In this document: positions 26,443 to 34,643 of the stretch, in pieces | Layout of the letters: each line of letters starts with the position of its first letter | How positions within the stretch are numbered: the stretch's first letter is position 1 | IMG/VR virus record: IMGVR_UViG_3300012940_001437 | Location: 1-34,887 of that record | Direction: 5' to 3' (one strand) | Source of the DNA: a virus | Lineage: Duplodnaviria > Caudoviricetes | DNA: 34,887 nt | Program-made: the position numbers and the translations under genes | The notes under the pieces: model-generated | What the model saw: only the letters and a program-made list of their open reading frames with translations | Told to the model about the DNA's origin: nothing | The model's database searches: none

Positions 26443-26680
26443 TTAGCATTGCAAGAGCGTAGAGCTCTTCCTCGGAGATCGGCTGATGGTGTTTCGGAGC
26501 ACTGTGCAAGCGATCGAGTGTAGCGAGGATAAGACCGGTGGTGTGATCCAGGATCGTTCGCTCGGCGATGAGCTTACCGCGCTCGATCACCCCTTTGAGT
26601 TCGGACTCATCGGGGAAGATGATTCTCGCGTACCAAAGCGCCGCCTCGTAGGTTGAGGCGAATTTCATACCCGAGATCAT
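26429..26680 (-). CDS. Hypothetical protein
   Basis: 83 aa, coupled to the upstream gene. Confidence 0.6.
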   Translation of the reverse strand: MISGMKFASTYEAALWYARIIFPDESELKGVIERGKLIAERTILDHTTGLILATLDRLHSAPKHHQPISEEELYALAMLRLSI

Positions 26681-26931
26681 TGCTCGCCCTCGAAATTCGG
26701 TACGTTGTCCTCACTTGCGCGATCAAATCTCGCGTTTTGGTAATCGCAAGCAGGGCATCGTTTGAGCGTGAGCACTTCTGGAGAAAACAAGCTGCCGGGG
26801 AAGTAATCGATTGACGACTCTCCGGGGGAGGGGGCGTCACTTTCATCCAGCGCGACGATTGATGTACACGCCCGGCACTCCCATAGGCCGACCCAAGCCG
26901 GGACCCTGTGTCTCAAGAAAACAATTCGCAT
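26677..26931 (-). CDS. Zn-ribbon protein
   Basis: CRAC...CPAC. Confidence 0.65.
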   Translation of the reverse strand: MRIVFLRHRVPAWVGLWECRACTSIVALDESDAPSPGESSIDYFPGSLFSPEVLTLKRCPACDYQNARFDRASEDNVPNFEGEQ

Positions 26932-26934
26932 TGG

Positions 26935-27213
26935 TTACCACTCCGCCATGCCCGTTTCGGGCTCTAGCTCAGCCGAGCCGAAGTACCACTTGCCCTCGCC
27001 GTTATCGAGCTCGACGCGAAAGACGCGGCCGGCGCCGTCGTTGAACATGCTCACGTAGGGGCTGACTTCGCAGACGGCGCCTGTCTTGCCGACGTGAAGG
27101 GCGAGGACAGAAAGAGACCGGGCCACTCGTACCCGGTCTCCGACATTCCACATGCGCGGTTGATAGTGAGCCGCCTCTTTGCGGGTGCGGCTAGTCGTTC
27201 TTGCCCTTGCCAT
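26935..27213 (-). CDS. KOW/SH3-like small protein with basic N-terminus
   Basis: VGDRVRV...VGKTGAVCEV...FRVELD...FGSAELEP. Confidence 0.6.
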   Translation of the reverse strand: MARARTTSRTRKEAAHYQPRMWNVGDRVRVARSLSVLALHVGKTGAVCEVSPYVSMFNDGAGRVFRVELDNGEGKWYFGSAELEPETGMAEW

Positions 27214-27445
27214 ACCCTCTCACTGCCTGACGGCCGGTTACCTCGGTGAGCGCATCCTCAAGCGCAAGCACGGCAGATTCGACGGGCATTCCCGAGCGTG
27301 TGCGCATCGCCATAATCGGCGGCTTACTCTCCGGAACCGCAATCGTCGCAGTGGTGAAGGGAATGCCGTTTGGACTCATGCCACCACTGAGTTGCCAGGC
27401 GTATCCGCGGGCGTAACACTGCTCGATCAGTTCGGTAAGCGTCAT
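27191..27445 (-). CDS. Hypothetical protein
   Basis: 84 aa, coupled. Confidence 0.6.
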   Translation of the reverse strand: MTLTELIEQCYARGYAWQLSGGMSPNGIPFTTATIAVPESKPPIMAMRTRSGMPVESAVLALEDALTEVTGRQAVRGYGKGKND

Positions 27446-28161
27446 GAAGTCACCACCTCGGCGCCGTCAACAACTACCTCCATCTCGCTCGTGTAAACGG
27501 GGATCGAGGTAGAACGCGGTGAAATGAACCGAACGTAGTGATACGGCTGGAGACCTTCGGGCTCTCGCTCGACCCTGCCAACGCTGCCGATGAATTCGTT
27601 GTTTGGATATTTCACGATGCGAACCAAATCGCCGAGCTTCGGTGAGCGTTTCTCGAGGACTGGCGTCTGCACAGACCGATCATGCGGAAGTGGGGTAGGG
27701 GGCTCACCCTCATCATCGGAGATGAGTTCGTCTATGTGCTCGATGATGGCCGTTGCGACCGCAGCCACCTGTACGAGCTCGGTTCGGAGAGCGGTGAGGT
27801 TATCTCGCCGGTTCGAGTGCGGTTTCGGAAAGACCGTATCGCAGATTGCCTTACCAACCTCAACGAATTCCTCGCTGATGATCGCGGACCATCCTCCGAA
27901 ATCGTGACGCTGTATCCCGAACAAGTCGATTTGCCGGCGCCGCTCGCCGTCGATCTCGGCGATCGTGTCAGGCTTGATCGTGCTCAAGAATTCGGCTTCG
28001 AGCCATTGCGTCAGCCTGCCGTTTGAGCACAGAGCGCCACCATCAAACTCTCCGCTAAGCCGACCCTCGGCCGGCACAACCGTCACGCATTCGCCATGAT
28101 TGAAGTGGTGGGAATAGTCGGCGAGCGCGTAAAAGACTTGTCCGACGCGGTAGGTTTTCAT
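27442..28161 (-). CDS. MazG-like NTP pyrophosphohydrolase domain flanked by SH3/KOW-like domains
   Basis: EIDGERRRQ...W..IISEEFVEV...LRTELVQVAAVA; YRVGQVF and LGDLVRIV....IGSVGRV flanks. Confidence 0.65.
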   Translation of the reverse strand: MKTYRVGQVFYALADYSHHFNHGECVTVVPAEGRLSGEFDGGALCSNGRLTQWLEAEFLSTIKPDTIAEIDGERRRQIDLFGIQRHDFGGWSAIISEEFVEVGKAICDTVFPKPHSNRRDNLTALRTELVQVAAVATAIIEHIDELISDDEGEPPTPLPHDRSVQTPVLEKRSPKLGDLVRIVKYPNNEFIGSVGRVEREPEGLQPYHYVRFISPRSTSIPVYTSEMEVVVDGAEVVTS

Positions 28162-28388
28162 TTCGCTCGTTCCTGTTCACGAATGGCCGCATCGCGCCGG
28201 TTTATCAGTGCGAGTAAGCCGTACATCGCCTCGGTGATCGCCTCATCGAATCGCGCTCGCTCCGTGGCAGCGATCCACTTGTGAATCGACTTACTCGGAT
28301 CGATCGCATCAAGCTTGCTCCGGCTGCGCTGGCGATCAATTTGCGCATCAGCCAGGAGTGATTCGACCTTCGATCGCGTCACCCTCAT
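28158..28388 (-). CDS. Hypothetical helical protein
   Basis: 76 aa, ATGA overlaps on both sides. Confidence 0.6.
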   Translation of the reverse strand: MRVTRSKVESLLADAQIDRQRSRSKLDAIDPSKSIHKWIAATERARFDEAITEAMYGLLALINRRDAAIREQERAK

Positions 28389-28570
28389 GACAGAGCGCTC
28401 TCAATCTTGATTTCCAGGTCCGGATCAACGAATGGGATGAGGAAGGGAATGCCTTCTACGCGGATATAGGCATAAGTACCACTCCGCTTGACCACTTCAC
28501 CCTCCCATCCGTAAAAGAAACTCATCGGGTTGCGCACGCGAACATGGCGACCCGGCACGAATCGATACAT
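28385..28570 (-). CDS. KOW/SH3-like small protein
   Basis: Start reassigned to ATG 28570 after AGGAGG; PGRHVRV....FYGWEGEVV. Confidence 0.65.
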   Translation of the reverse strand: MYRFVPGRHVRVRNPMSFFYGWEGEVVKRSGTYAYIRVEGIPFLIPFVDPDLEIKIESALS

Positions 28571-28578
28571 ACCGCCTC

Positions 28579-28653
28579 CTACTCGCGGACGCGCGAGTTG
28601 CCTATCTGCCACGCGAAGATCAGGAGCCCGAGCACAACGAGTACGTGCTCCAT
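28579..28653 (-). CDS. 24-aa hydrophobic micropeptide (MEHVLVVLGLLIFAWQIGNSRVRE)
   Basis: My translation; TGATG overlap upstream; stop abuts the next RBS. Confidence 0.5.
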   Translation of the reverse strand: MEHVLVVLGLLIFAWQIGNSRVRE

Positions 28654-28787
28654 CAGGGGTTGCTTTCCCGTCGGCGGATCGCCCAGCCCAGGAGCCAGAA
28701 CACCGCGACGAAAAAGGCGCCGAGCATGATGGGTGTCAAGGCAATAACAACTGCCCAGGTCGCAAGGAAGTCGATTGCGTTGCTCAT
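28653..28787 (-). CDS. 44-aa membrane peptide
   Basis: My translation MSNAIDFLATWAVVIALTPIMLGAFFVAVFWLLGWAIRRRESNP; ATGA overlap upstream; positive-inside RRR. Confidence 0.65.
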   Translation of the reverse strand: MSNAIDFLATWAVVIALTPIMLGAFFVAVFWLLGWAIRRRESNP

Positions 28788-29239
28788 AGCTCAGCTCTCA
28801 CCTCGATCGTGATCTCGGTGACGCGCAGACTTCGGCGACGATCCGATTCGAGTTCGATCTCGACATCGGCGGCGACGATACTCCGTAGGCGATCGGCAAT
28901 CTCCACAAAGCTCAGCCGGTGCACATCGTTCATAAGGACAACTGAGTGGGAGATGTCAGCGAGGAATCCGGTTGCCGTGATGACTTCAAACGGAGCCACA
29001 CAGTCACATGGCTCGCGACCGGGAATTAGGTAGGAGAAGTCGCCGGGGAAGCCGTCGGATTCCGGAATCCATTCGCCCATTCCGGAAACGTCACAAAGCA
29101 CTCCCTCGGCACACCAGCACGTCTCTCCGCTCGCGGGGTCAGTGTTTCTGAGCGTGTAGAACCCCTGCTTGTACGTGCCGGATTCCAACGCCTCGATCCA
29201 GCGCGTAATCAGCCCATCGGTATCGATCGTTCCTCGCAT
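28784..29239 (-). CDS. Hypothetical phage protein
   Basis: WIEALESG.YKQG...CAEGVLC...MND...SF.EIAD pattern. Confidence 0.7.
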   Translation of the reverse strand: MRGTIDTDGLITRWIEALESGTYKQGFYTLRNTDPASGETCWCAEGVLCDVSGMGEWIPESDGFPGDFSYLIPGREPCDCVAPFEVITATGFLADISHSVVLMNDVHRLSFVEIADRLRSIVAADVEIELESDRRRSLRVTEITIEVRAEL

Positions 29240-29646
29240 TGCGTTTGCCTTTCATTGCTCAGGATTCCGAAGAGAAACTGTTCGGTAGTGGTGAGCGCCG
29301 ATCCGTCTCGGACCATCTCGCCGGTAAAGCGCAGAACAGACCAGCCGAGCATCGTCGCGAGGTTGTACTTGCGGCAGTCCTCGGCATAGCCGGAGCCGCG
29401 TGTGTGCCGTCCCTGACCAAACGTCCCGCCCTCGATCTCGACCAAGAGCCGGGCATCGGGCCAGGCGAAGTCGGATCGATAGCGCCGCGGATGAGCGAAT
29501 GGGTATTCGCGAATTGGCGGCGGCAATCCGGCAAAGGTCACGTGTTGGAGATAGGCAAGCTCAAGGCACTGACAGACCTTGAAGCCGCAATCAGGACATG
29601 GCTCTTTCGGCTTCGACCGCCGCGCTACCCTCGGAGCCCTACTCAT
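29209..29646 (-). CDS. PD-(D/E)XK endonuclease (DUF559/Vsr-like)
   Basis: REY.F...RRYRSDFAWP..RLLVEIEGG...H...DCRKYN....GWSVLRFT. Confidence 0.8.
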   Translation of the reverse strand: MSRAPRVARRSKPKEPCPDCGFKVCQCLELAYLQHVTFAGLPPPIREYPFAHPRRYRSDFAWPDARLLVEIEGGTFGQGRHTRGSGYAEDCRKYNLATMLGWSVLRFTGEMVRDGSALTTTEQFLFGILSNERQTQCEERSIPMG

Positions 29647-30152
29647 GCAACTGCCCCGATCGCGACCGGGAAATTCAGTTGCGGGGCAAATTCGCCGAAG
29701 TGCTCGCGCGCGGCTTCGTCATACGCGGCCGCTGCCGGCTCGGGATCATCGAAGAGTCCGAGGTAAATGAATCGCCCTTCGATCCTGATACCCGCCTGCC
29801 ACTTGCCGGCTCGCTTGTGCCATGTGACTCCGTGATAGCCGCTTGTGTTCCTCCGAGAAATCCGTGTGCGATTGCGTCCGTTCTCTACCGAGGTTGCCCT
29901 GCGGAGATTCGATCGCCGGCAATCGAGCGTATCGCCGTTGATGTGATCAACCTTGTGGTCTGGCGGATCACCGAGGATCACTCGATGCAGCAAGATCGTG
30001 CGGCGCCTGCCATCGATCCGCGCGGTTCGGCGTGCGTACACATGGCCGTCGTCGGCAATAAGCGCACACCACGCTAGCTCGCCGAATCGTTCGTAGTCCT
30101 CGTCATCGACCAACGCCGTATAGCCCTTGGTGAGCGGTATGCGCCGCGTCAT
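29643..30152 (-). CDS. HNH homing endonuclease with AP2 domain
   Basis: LHRVI...VDHINGDTLDCRRSNLR...N; NTSGYHGV.W...KWQA.I...YLGLF...AYD. Confidence 0.9.
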   Translation of the reverse strand: MTRRIPLTKGYTALVDDEDYERFGELAWCALIADDGHVYARRTARIDGRRRTILLHRVILGDPPDHKVDHINGDTLDCRRSNLRRATSVENGRNRTRISRRNTSGYHGVTWHKRAGKWQAGIRIEGRFIYLGLFDDPEPAAAAYDEAAREHFGEFAPQLNFPVAIGAVA

Positions 30153-30171
30153 TGTCTTTCAATGCCTCCAT

Positions 30172-30191
30172 TTTAGTCCATATGGACAATT
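30172..30191. promoter_or_regulatory. 20-bp palindromic motif copy 14 (TTTAGTCCATATGGACAATT)
   Basis: Overlaps the primase-helicase TAA; 19 nt upstream of the HNH ATG. Confidence 0.85.
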
Positions 30192-31936
30192 TATTGGCGA
30201 CGGAGAGTACCGGGGGTCCATGCATCTCCCCCGAGCCAGGGCGAAAAGCACCCGTTTGCGGGGTTGTAGTCAACGCGGTAGACGCCGAGCTCTCCGCACT
30301 CGCGAAACCGCACTTTCTGAATGTGGACCTCAATCGGCATCGACTCGTCAGCCTTGTTACGGGCAACGGTGATGCAGTTGTCGGCCTTGTTGTACCAGTG
30401 GGCGCTTCCGGAAATGTCGTAAGGCGTCGGAACGGGGTACTCGCCACCCTCCTTCGCCATCTTTGCCGGGTGTGCGATGACGATGACGGCTACCCCGTAG
30501 TGGCGGGCGAACGTGCGGAGTTTCGTGAGCGCTTGCGAGATGTATTCGGTCTCGCTTAGCCCGCCTGGCCGCTGGTGATCGAGCTCATTCCACGGGTCGA
30601 TCACGAGTAGCTTGATGCCGGAGCGGTAAACCTCTTTGCGGGCGAGCTCCAGGATGTTATCGAGCGATGGCTCTTCGGGAGCTAGGAAGCGAAACCGTTG
30701 GTGGATCGCCTCGATACTGCGTTCAAGCTCGCTCTCGGTAATGAGCTCGGAGTCTTCTCGCCACTTGCGGACCGCACGACGACTCAGCTTTTCGACCAAT
30801 TTCGCAACGTGCCGCTCGACCGGATGATTCTCCGGCGAGTAAAACGCGGTTGTCCATCCCTCGTATTTGCCGAGGTTTACCGCGAGCGCATCGACCCATT
30901 CGCTCTTTCCCGATCCGGGCATGCCGGTCACGATGATGAGTTGTCCGAGCTTGATCCGCCATCGCAGATCGTGAAATCCGGTCTCCGTTCCGGGGTCCAG
31001 CTGGCCGCGGTAGAGCGCCATCACCTCACCGTACACGTCCCGCGGGGTGATGATTCCCTCGATTGGCCACGGCGAAGCATCCTCGATCAGTGCGGCGAGG
31101 TATTCCGCTCCCGTCTGCACCAATGCCTCATTGGCATCCTTGATCCCATCGGGCCAATCGACACGCCAGCACCGCTCTTTCCCGAGCCGGCGGGCGAGCT
31201 CGGCGGCGAGCTTGACGCCAGGTTCATCGGCGTCGGTCGCGAGAACGATTCGCTTCGCATCGCCGAGCGCCTTTTCCGCAGCCGGATCAGCGAGGAAATC
31301 GAACTTGCTCGCATAGTTACGGGCATCAGGCGCCGGCGCTCCGTCAGGAACGCTCACACATGCCCGAATGCCGGCAGCTTCGAGCGCGAGCTTGTCCATT
31401 TCGCCTTCAACGATCACGATCGTTTCGGCGCCGGCGATGTCATCGAGGCCGTAGAGAATCCGCTCGGTGTCCTTGCTCGTGCGGAAGTCCTTGGAGCCTC
31501 TCGCTCGGTACTTCACGCTTACGAGCTCGCCGTTCCGGAATGATGGGTAGGCGATTGCGTCCCGCTTGCCGTCTAGCTGTGGGAAAAAGACATCGCGAAC
31601 CACCACGATCTGATTGCGGCGAACAACGTCCTCGGGGATGCCGCGGCTCGCAAAGAACGCTAGCGCTTCATCGGTGAGCTCGCCCTCCAGCGGATCTGGC
31701 CGCGTGTGCACCTTGCGCCGCGGTGGCGCGTTCGGAGCTTTCAGGCGCAAGCCGTCGCTCCAGCCGCAGTGATGGCAATACCAGGTTCCCTCTTCGACGT
31801 TTACCGAGAGGTCTTTTTCGTGCCGGTGTTCTGGTCGCCGATCGGGACTGCACCGCGGGCAGGTTGCGCGAACTTCACCGCGTGCGCTCGGTGCAATCTC
31901 AATGCCGAAATCGGCAAAGGTTGGTGCAGGGCTCAA
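30191..31936 (-). CDS. T7 gp4/Twinkle-like primase-helicase
   Basis: CPRC..CHHC Zn finger; IVEGEMD and DAD TOPRIM; KDANE; GMPGSGKS, LLVIDP, IAHP, DISGS SF4 helicase. Confidence 0.92.
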   Translation of the reverse strand: MSPAPTFADFGIEIAPSARGEVRATCPRCSPDRRPEHRHEKDLSVNVEEGTWYCHHCGWSDGLRLKAPNAPPRRKVHTRPDPLEGELTDEALAFFASRGIPEDVVRRNQIVVVRDVFFPQLDGKRDAIAYPSFRNGELVSVKYRARGSKDFRTSKDTERILYGLDDIAGAETIVIVEGEMDKLALEAAGIRACVSVPDGAPAPDARNYASKFDFLADPAAEKALGDAKRIVLATDADEPGVKLAAELARRLGKERCWRVDWPDGIKDANEALVQTGAEYLAALIEDASPWPIEGIITPRDVYGEVMALYRGQLDPGTETGFHDLRWRIKLGQLIIVTGMPGSGKSEWVDALAVNLGKYEGWTTAFYSPENHPVERHVAKLVEKLSRRAVRKWREDSELITESELERSIEAIHQRFRFLAPEEPSLDNILELARKEVYRSGIKLLVIDPWNELDHQRPGGLSETEYISQALTKLRTFARHYGVAVIVIAHPAKMAKEGGEYPVPTPYDISGSAHWYNKADNCITVARNKADESMPIEVHIQKVRFRECGELGVYRVDYNPANGCFSPWLGGDAWTPGTLRRQ

Positions 31937-32778
31937 AGCGCCAACCTCCCTTCACCGATCAGCACGCGGCCGTTAGCTCGTATCGGCGCCGGGTCGGGAG
32001 CGTTGCGCCACCACTGGTCAGCGATCCACTTTGCCGGCGCCGGAATAAAGCGCCCGCCATCTTCGCGCCATTGATCGCTCTTTTTCCACGCCTCCAGCGC
32101 GAGCATGATTTGCTCTCTGAGCACGGCATCGGGGCTCAACTTGAACCACTCGGTACTCGCGCCTACTTCCCCGATCGGTCGTGGATAGGAATCAAAGAAC
32201 TCGCGAAACCATCCAGCGAGCTCTTGTCGCCGATCATCGTTGAGGCTGTCCCGCGTGCGCTTAGAGAGTGCGTTAGCACTCTCTTTGGTCTGGTTAGGTC
32301 TGGTCTGGTCTGGTGCAACCGTAACGCGACGTTTCGTCACGTCGTTACGCAACGTCTCCGTAACGTTCGCGTTGTGCGTTACGGGATCGTCGCGTAACGA
32401 TTTCTGCTTTTCTCGGTACCGCTTTTGCCGCTCGGCGGCTTTCTGTTTCGCGGTTTCGTTCTTGTCCCGGAGTGCGATATAGCGGCCGGCGTATACCCAC
32501 CAATCGTGGATCACGATCTGGTCACCGTCCCGATCAAGAAAGCCGGAATCGATGAGCGCCTCAATGAGCATTTCCGGATCGCCGTCCCACTGCGAACCGT
32601 CCGCGATCTCGATCGCATCGAACCGGCTAATGTCGCCGTCATCGGTGTAGTTGAGCGCCCACCACCACACAAGATGCAATTGCCCGATTGCAGCGGCCTT
32701 GGAGATGCCGAGCTTTCTCGCGAGCCTTCGCACCTTTGGATGGTTGGCGAGGGTGTCGTGCGATTCAATCCATGCCAT
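31933..32778 (-). CDS. Phage replication initiator (replisome-organiser type)
   Basis: MAWI..H......PK...L N-terminal wHTH, IHDW, AAERQKRYREK, VT-rich linker, C-terminal F..YPR...FIPAPAKW. Confidence 0.8.
   Translation of the reverse strand: MAWIESHDTLANHPKVRRLARKLGISKAAAIGQLHLVWWWALNYTDDGDISRFDAIEIADGSQWDGDPEMLIEALIDSGFLDRDGDQIVIHDWWVYAGRYIALRDKNETAKQKAAERQKRYREKQKSLRDDPVTHNANVTETLRNDVTKRRVTVAPDQTRPNQTKESANALSKRTRDSLNDDRRQELAGWFREFFDSYPRPIGEVGASTEWFKLSPDAVLREQIMLALEAWKKSDQWREDGGRFIPAPAKWIADQWWRNAPDPAPIRANGRVLIGEGRLAL
32287..32399. repeat. Iteron-like cluster within the initiator gene (putative phage ori)
   Basis: CGTWACG at 32320, 32343, 32359, 32377, 32393 plus variants; adjacent tandem GGTCT pentamers. 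Confidence 0.6.
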
Positions 32779-32783
32779 CGGTG

Positions 32784-33122
32784 TTATCCGTTTTTCGCGA
32801 GCAGATGGGCGCGAATCGAGTCCCAGGTGTCAGGCATGCTGTACCGCTGATCCCAAAGCAACATCACGTCTGACAATCCGCTGCGTTCGCGATCGGTCAG
32901 TGTGCGATGCAGCACGTTTTGAGCGTCGTCCGCTGCCTCGACGCCATCCAACGGATAGCTCTCCGGTCTCTTTGCGCGCCGGTTGCCGAGATTCCATGAG
33001 ACAAAATTGCAGGCGCCGATGATGCAGAAAGTGGAGATGCCTATCACGATGTCATCGCCCTCAATTGGCGCCGCGAGGACGATATCGGCGACCTTATCGC
33101 CGTAGATCGTTCGGAGATTCAT
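32784..33122 (-). CDS. Hypothetical protein, paralog of 33119..33484
   Basis: Shared MNLR.I.GD..AD.VL..PI and CIIGA. Confidence 0.75.
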   Translation of the reverse strand: MNLRTIYGDKVADIVLAAPIEGDDIVIGISTFCIIGACNFVSWNLGNRRAKRPESYPLDGVEAADDAQNVLHRTLTDRERSGLSDVMLLWDQRYSMPDTWDSIRAHLLAKNG

Positions 33123-33484
33123 AGGGCTTCCTCCGAAATTGGCCGCGCCAAGAGAGTGGATCGAGTTGCTTCCATGCGGTCGTTGATCGCCATTCGATAG
33201 TCGTCATCCCATGCTTCGATGGCGTCTCCGATCGTGTGCATTTCTTGGGTCGTGAGCGGTCGGTTGATCAGGTCTTGGGTCTGCAATATGGCCACATCGC
33301 GCGACGGCCAGAATTCGACAGCATGCACGTTGAGGTCTTGCTCTATCGCTGTCTCGGCCATAAGGGCACCGATAATGCAACAGCGCCTTGAAGCCTTACC
33401 GCCGAACAGAATCGCTCCATGACTGATCGGCATTTCGAGCACGGCATCTGCGGCGGCATCGCCGAAAATCGATCGCAGGTTCAT
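33119..33484 (-). CDS. Hypothetical protein, paralog of 32784..33122
   Basis: Shared MNLR.I.GD..AD.VL..PI and CIIGA. Confidence 0.75.
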   Translation of the reverse strand: MNLRSIFGDAAADAVLEMPISHGAILFGGKASRRCCIIGALMAETAIEQDLNVHAVEFWPSRDVAILQTQDLINRPLTTQEMHTIGDAIEAWDDDYRMAINDRMEATRSTLLARPISEEAL

Positions 33485-34284
33485 TGCTGGTTCCCCTTGG
33501 TGAGTTCGTCGGATCGCTTGGTTACGGCTTGAGCGAGGAAGTCGGTAAAGGCGTCGGCTTCATAGGCTGCATTGGCGATGGCGTTGAGGACGTTCTGATC
33601 AGGCGCGGAGCGAACGAGCAATGCCCATTTGCCCGGCGAATTCGCCTCTCGGATTAGCGAATCCCACGCCGATTCAAATCCCGAACTCCACGCCTTGATC
33701 GCCGCGTCGATGCGGTTTTGCCATTCGGTTCGCGGGTCTGATGGCAGATTTTGAGAGATACCCCGCGACACGCCGCCCGATGCCCCTGTGGCTCGCTGTG
33801 GCGGTCGCTGAGCGCCATTTGCCACCTGATTCGGCTGATTGTTCATGTGGACATTTCCGGATCGTTGTGGGGCCTGCTGGCGTGCTGAGCGCTCGATAGG
33901 TGAGTCAACGATGCGCGGACCGTTATTGCCGTCAAGCTCGTCTCCGATGAATTGTGTTCCGAAGCCGAGCGCGGCAAGCGCTCGACCAAGCGCCTTCGTT
34001 TCCGCCTTCTCAACGAAGTCGCGAAAGTCGTTGTATTGCTCGGAGCCCCATCCGGTTGCTGATCCGCCGTTCGGAACCGAAACGCGAGCGCGAAAGACGG
34101 CGCTCTGGCCGTCGTATGTCGTCATCTCCGTTTCAATGTGCGCGTCAGGGTGACGATCGCGGAGCCACTTGAGGCGGAATTTCACTTGAAGATAATCGGC
34201 ACCCTTGAGGTCAACGATGTCGCCGGACGGATCGTAAGGGGCAGGGGTTTGGACTTGATCGGTGTCGGTCATTTCAGCACTCAC
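33481..34284 (-). CDS. Rad52/Sak-like single-strand annealing protein
   Basis: LKGADYLQV..RL.W...ATGWG...EKAETKALGRALAALGFG followed by a disordered linker. Confidence 0.7.
   Translation of the reverse strand: MSAEMTDTDQVQTPAPYDPSGDIVDLKGADYLQVKFRLKWLRDRHPDAHIETEMTTYDGQSAVFRARVSVPNGGSATGWGSEQYNDFRDFVEKAETKALGRALAALGFGTQFIGDELDGNNGPRIVDSPIERSARQQAPQRSGNVHMNNQPNQVANGAQRPPQRATGASGGVSRGISQNLPSDPRTEWQNRIDAAIKAWSSGFESAWDSLIREANSPGKWALLVRSAPDQNVLNAIANAAYEADAFTDFLAQAVTKRSDELTKGNQQ
33837..33856. promoter_or_regulatory. 20-bp palindromic motif copy 15 (GATTGTTCATGTGGACATTT)
   Basis: Intragenic, in the disordered linker of the annealing protein; 3 mismatches. Confidence 0.6.
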
Positions 34285-34631
34285 TATGCGGCTCGATCGA
34301 GCTCGATGTCTGCGATGAGATAGCCGTCAGACGTTGACGCCTCAAAGTGGTAGGGGGAGAAGTCGCTTCCGAAGAGTTCGCGAATGAACGCCTTTGCGAC
34401 GAAGAGTCCACCGCCGTTCGCTGCCGATACCGTGTAGGTGTGGCTCGCTCGATCTTTCGCCGGCCGAATGCCGATGCGGCGGTTTGTCACGTCGAGGGCA
34501 AGCTCGACATGCCGCGGGCAATTGAGTGCCTCGAATGCCGCGTGATTCAGTGCGATGTGGCCAGATCGGTAAACCCGAATCTTGGGGAACGGCGACGAAT
34601 TACCGCGACCGCTCCGATAAACCTCGAACAT
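34284..34631 (-). CDS. Hypothetical protein, possibly AbrB-like swapped-hairpin fold
   Basis: IRVYRSGHIALN.AAFEAL....HVEL.LD....RIGIRP; RBS GGAGG. Confidence 0.6.
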   Translation of the reverse strand: MFEVYRSGRGNSSPFPKIRVYRSGHIALNHAAFEALNCPRHVELALDVTNRRIGIRPAKDRASHTYTVSAANGGGLFVAKAFIRELFGSDFSPYHFEASTSDGYLIADIELDRAA

Positions 34632-34643
34632 ACAGACCTCCGG

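Noticed and set aside
29643-30152. HNH endonuclease as part of a group I intron or intein
   Set aside because: Flanking genes are intact and unrelated; it is free-standing with its own RBS.
12183-31398. Isolated TTGTCCA half-sites in coding regions (near 12183, 16963, 22239, 30850, 31392)
   Set aside because: No second arm; explained by common codons (M/L-D-N/K) on the coding strand.
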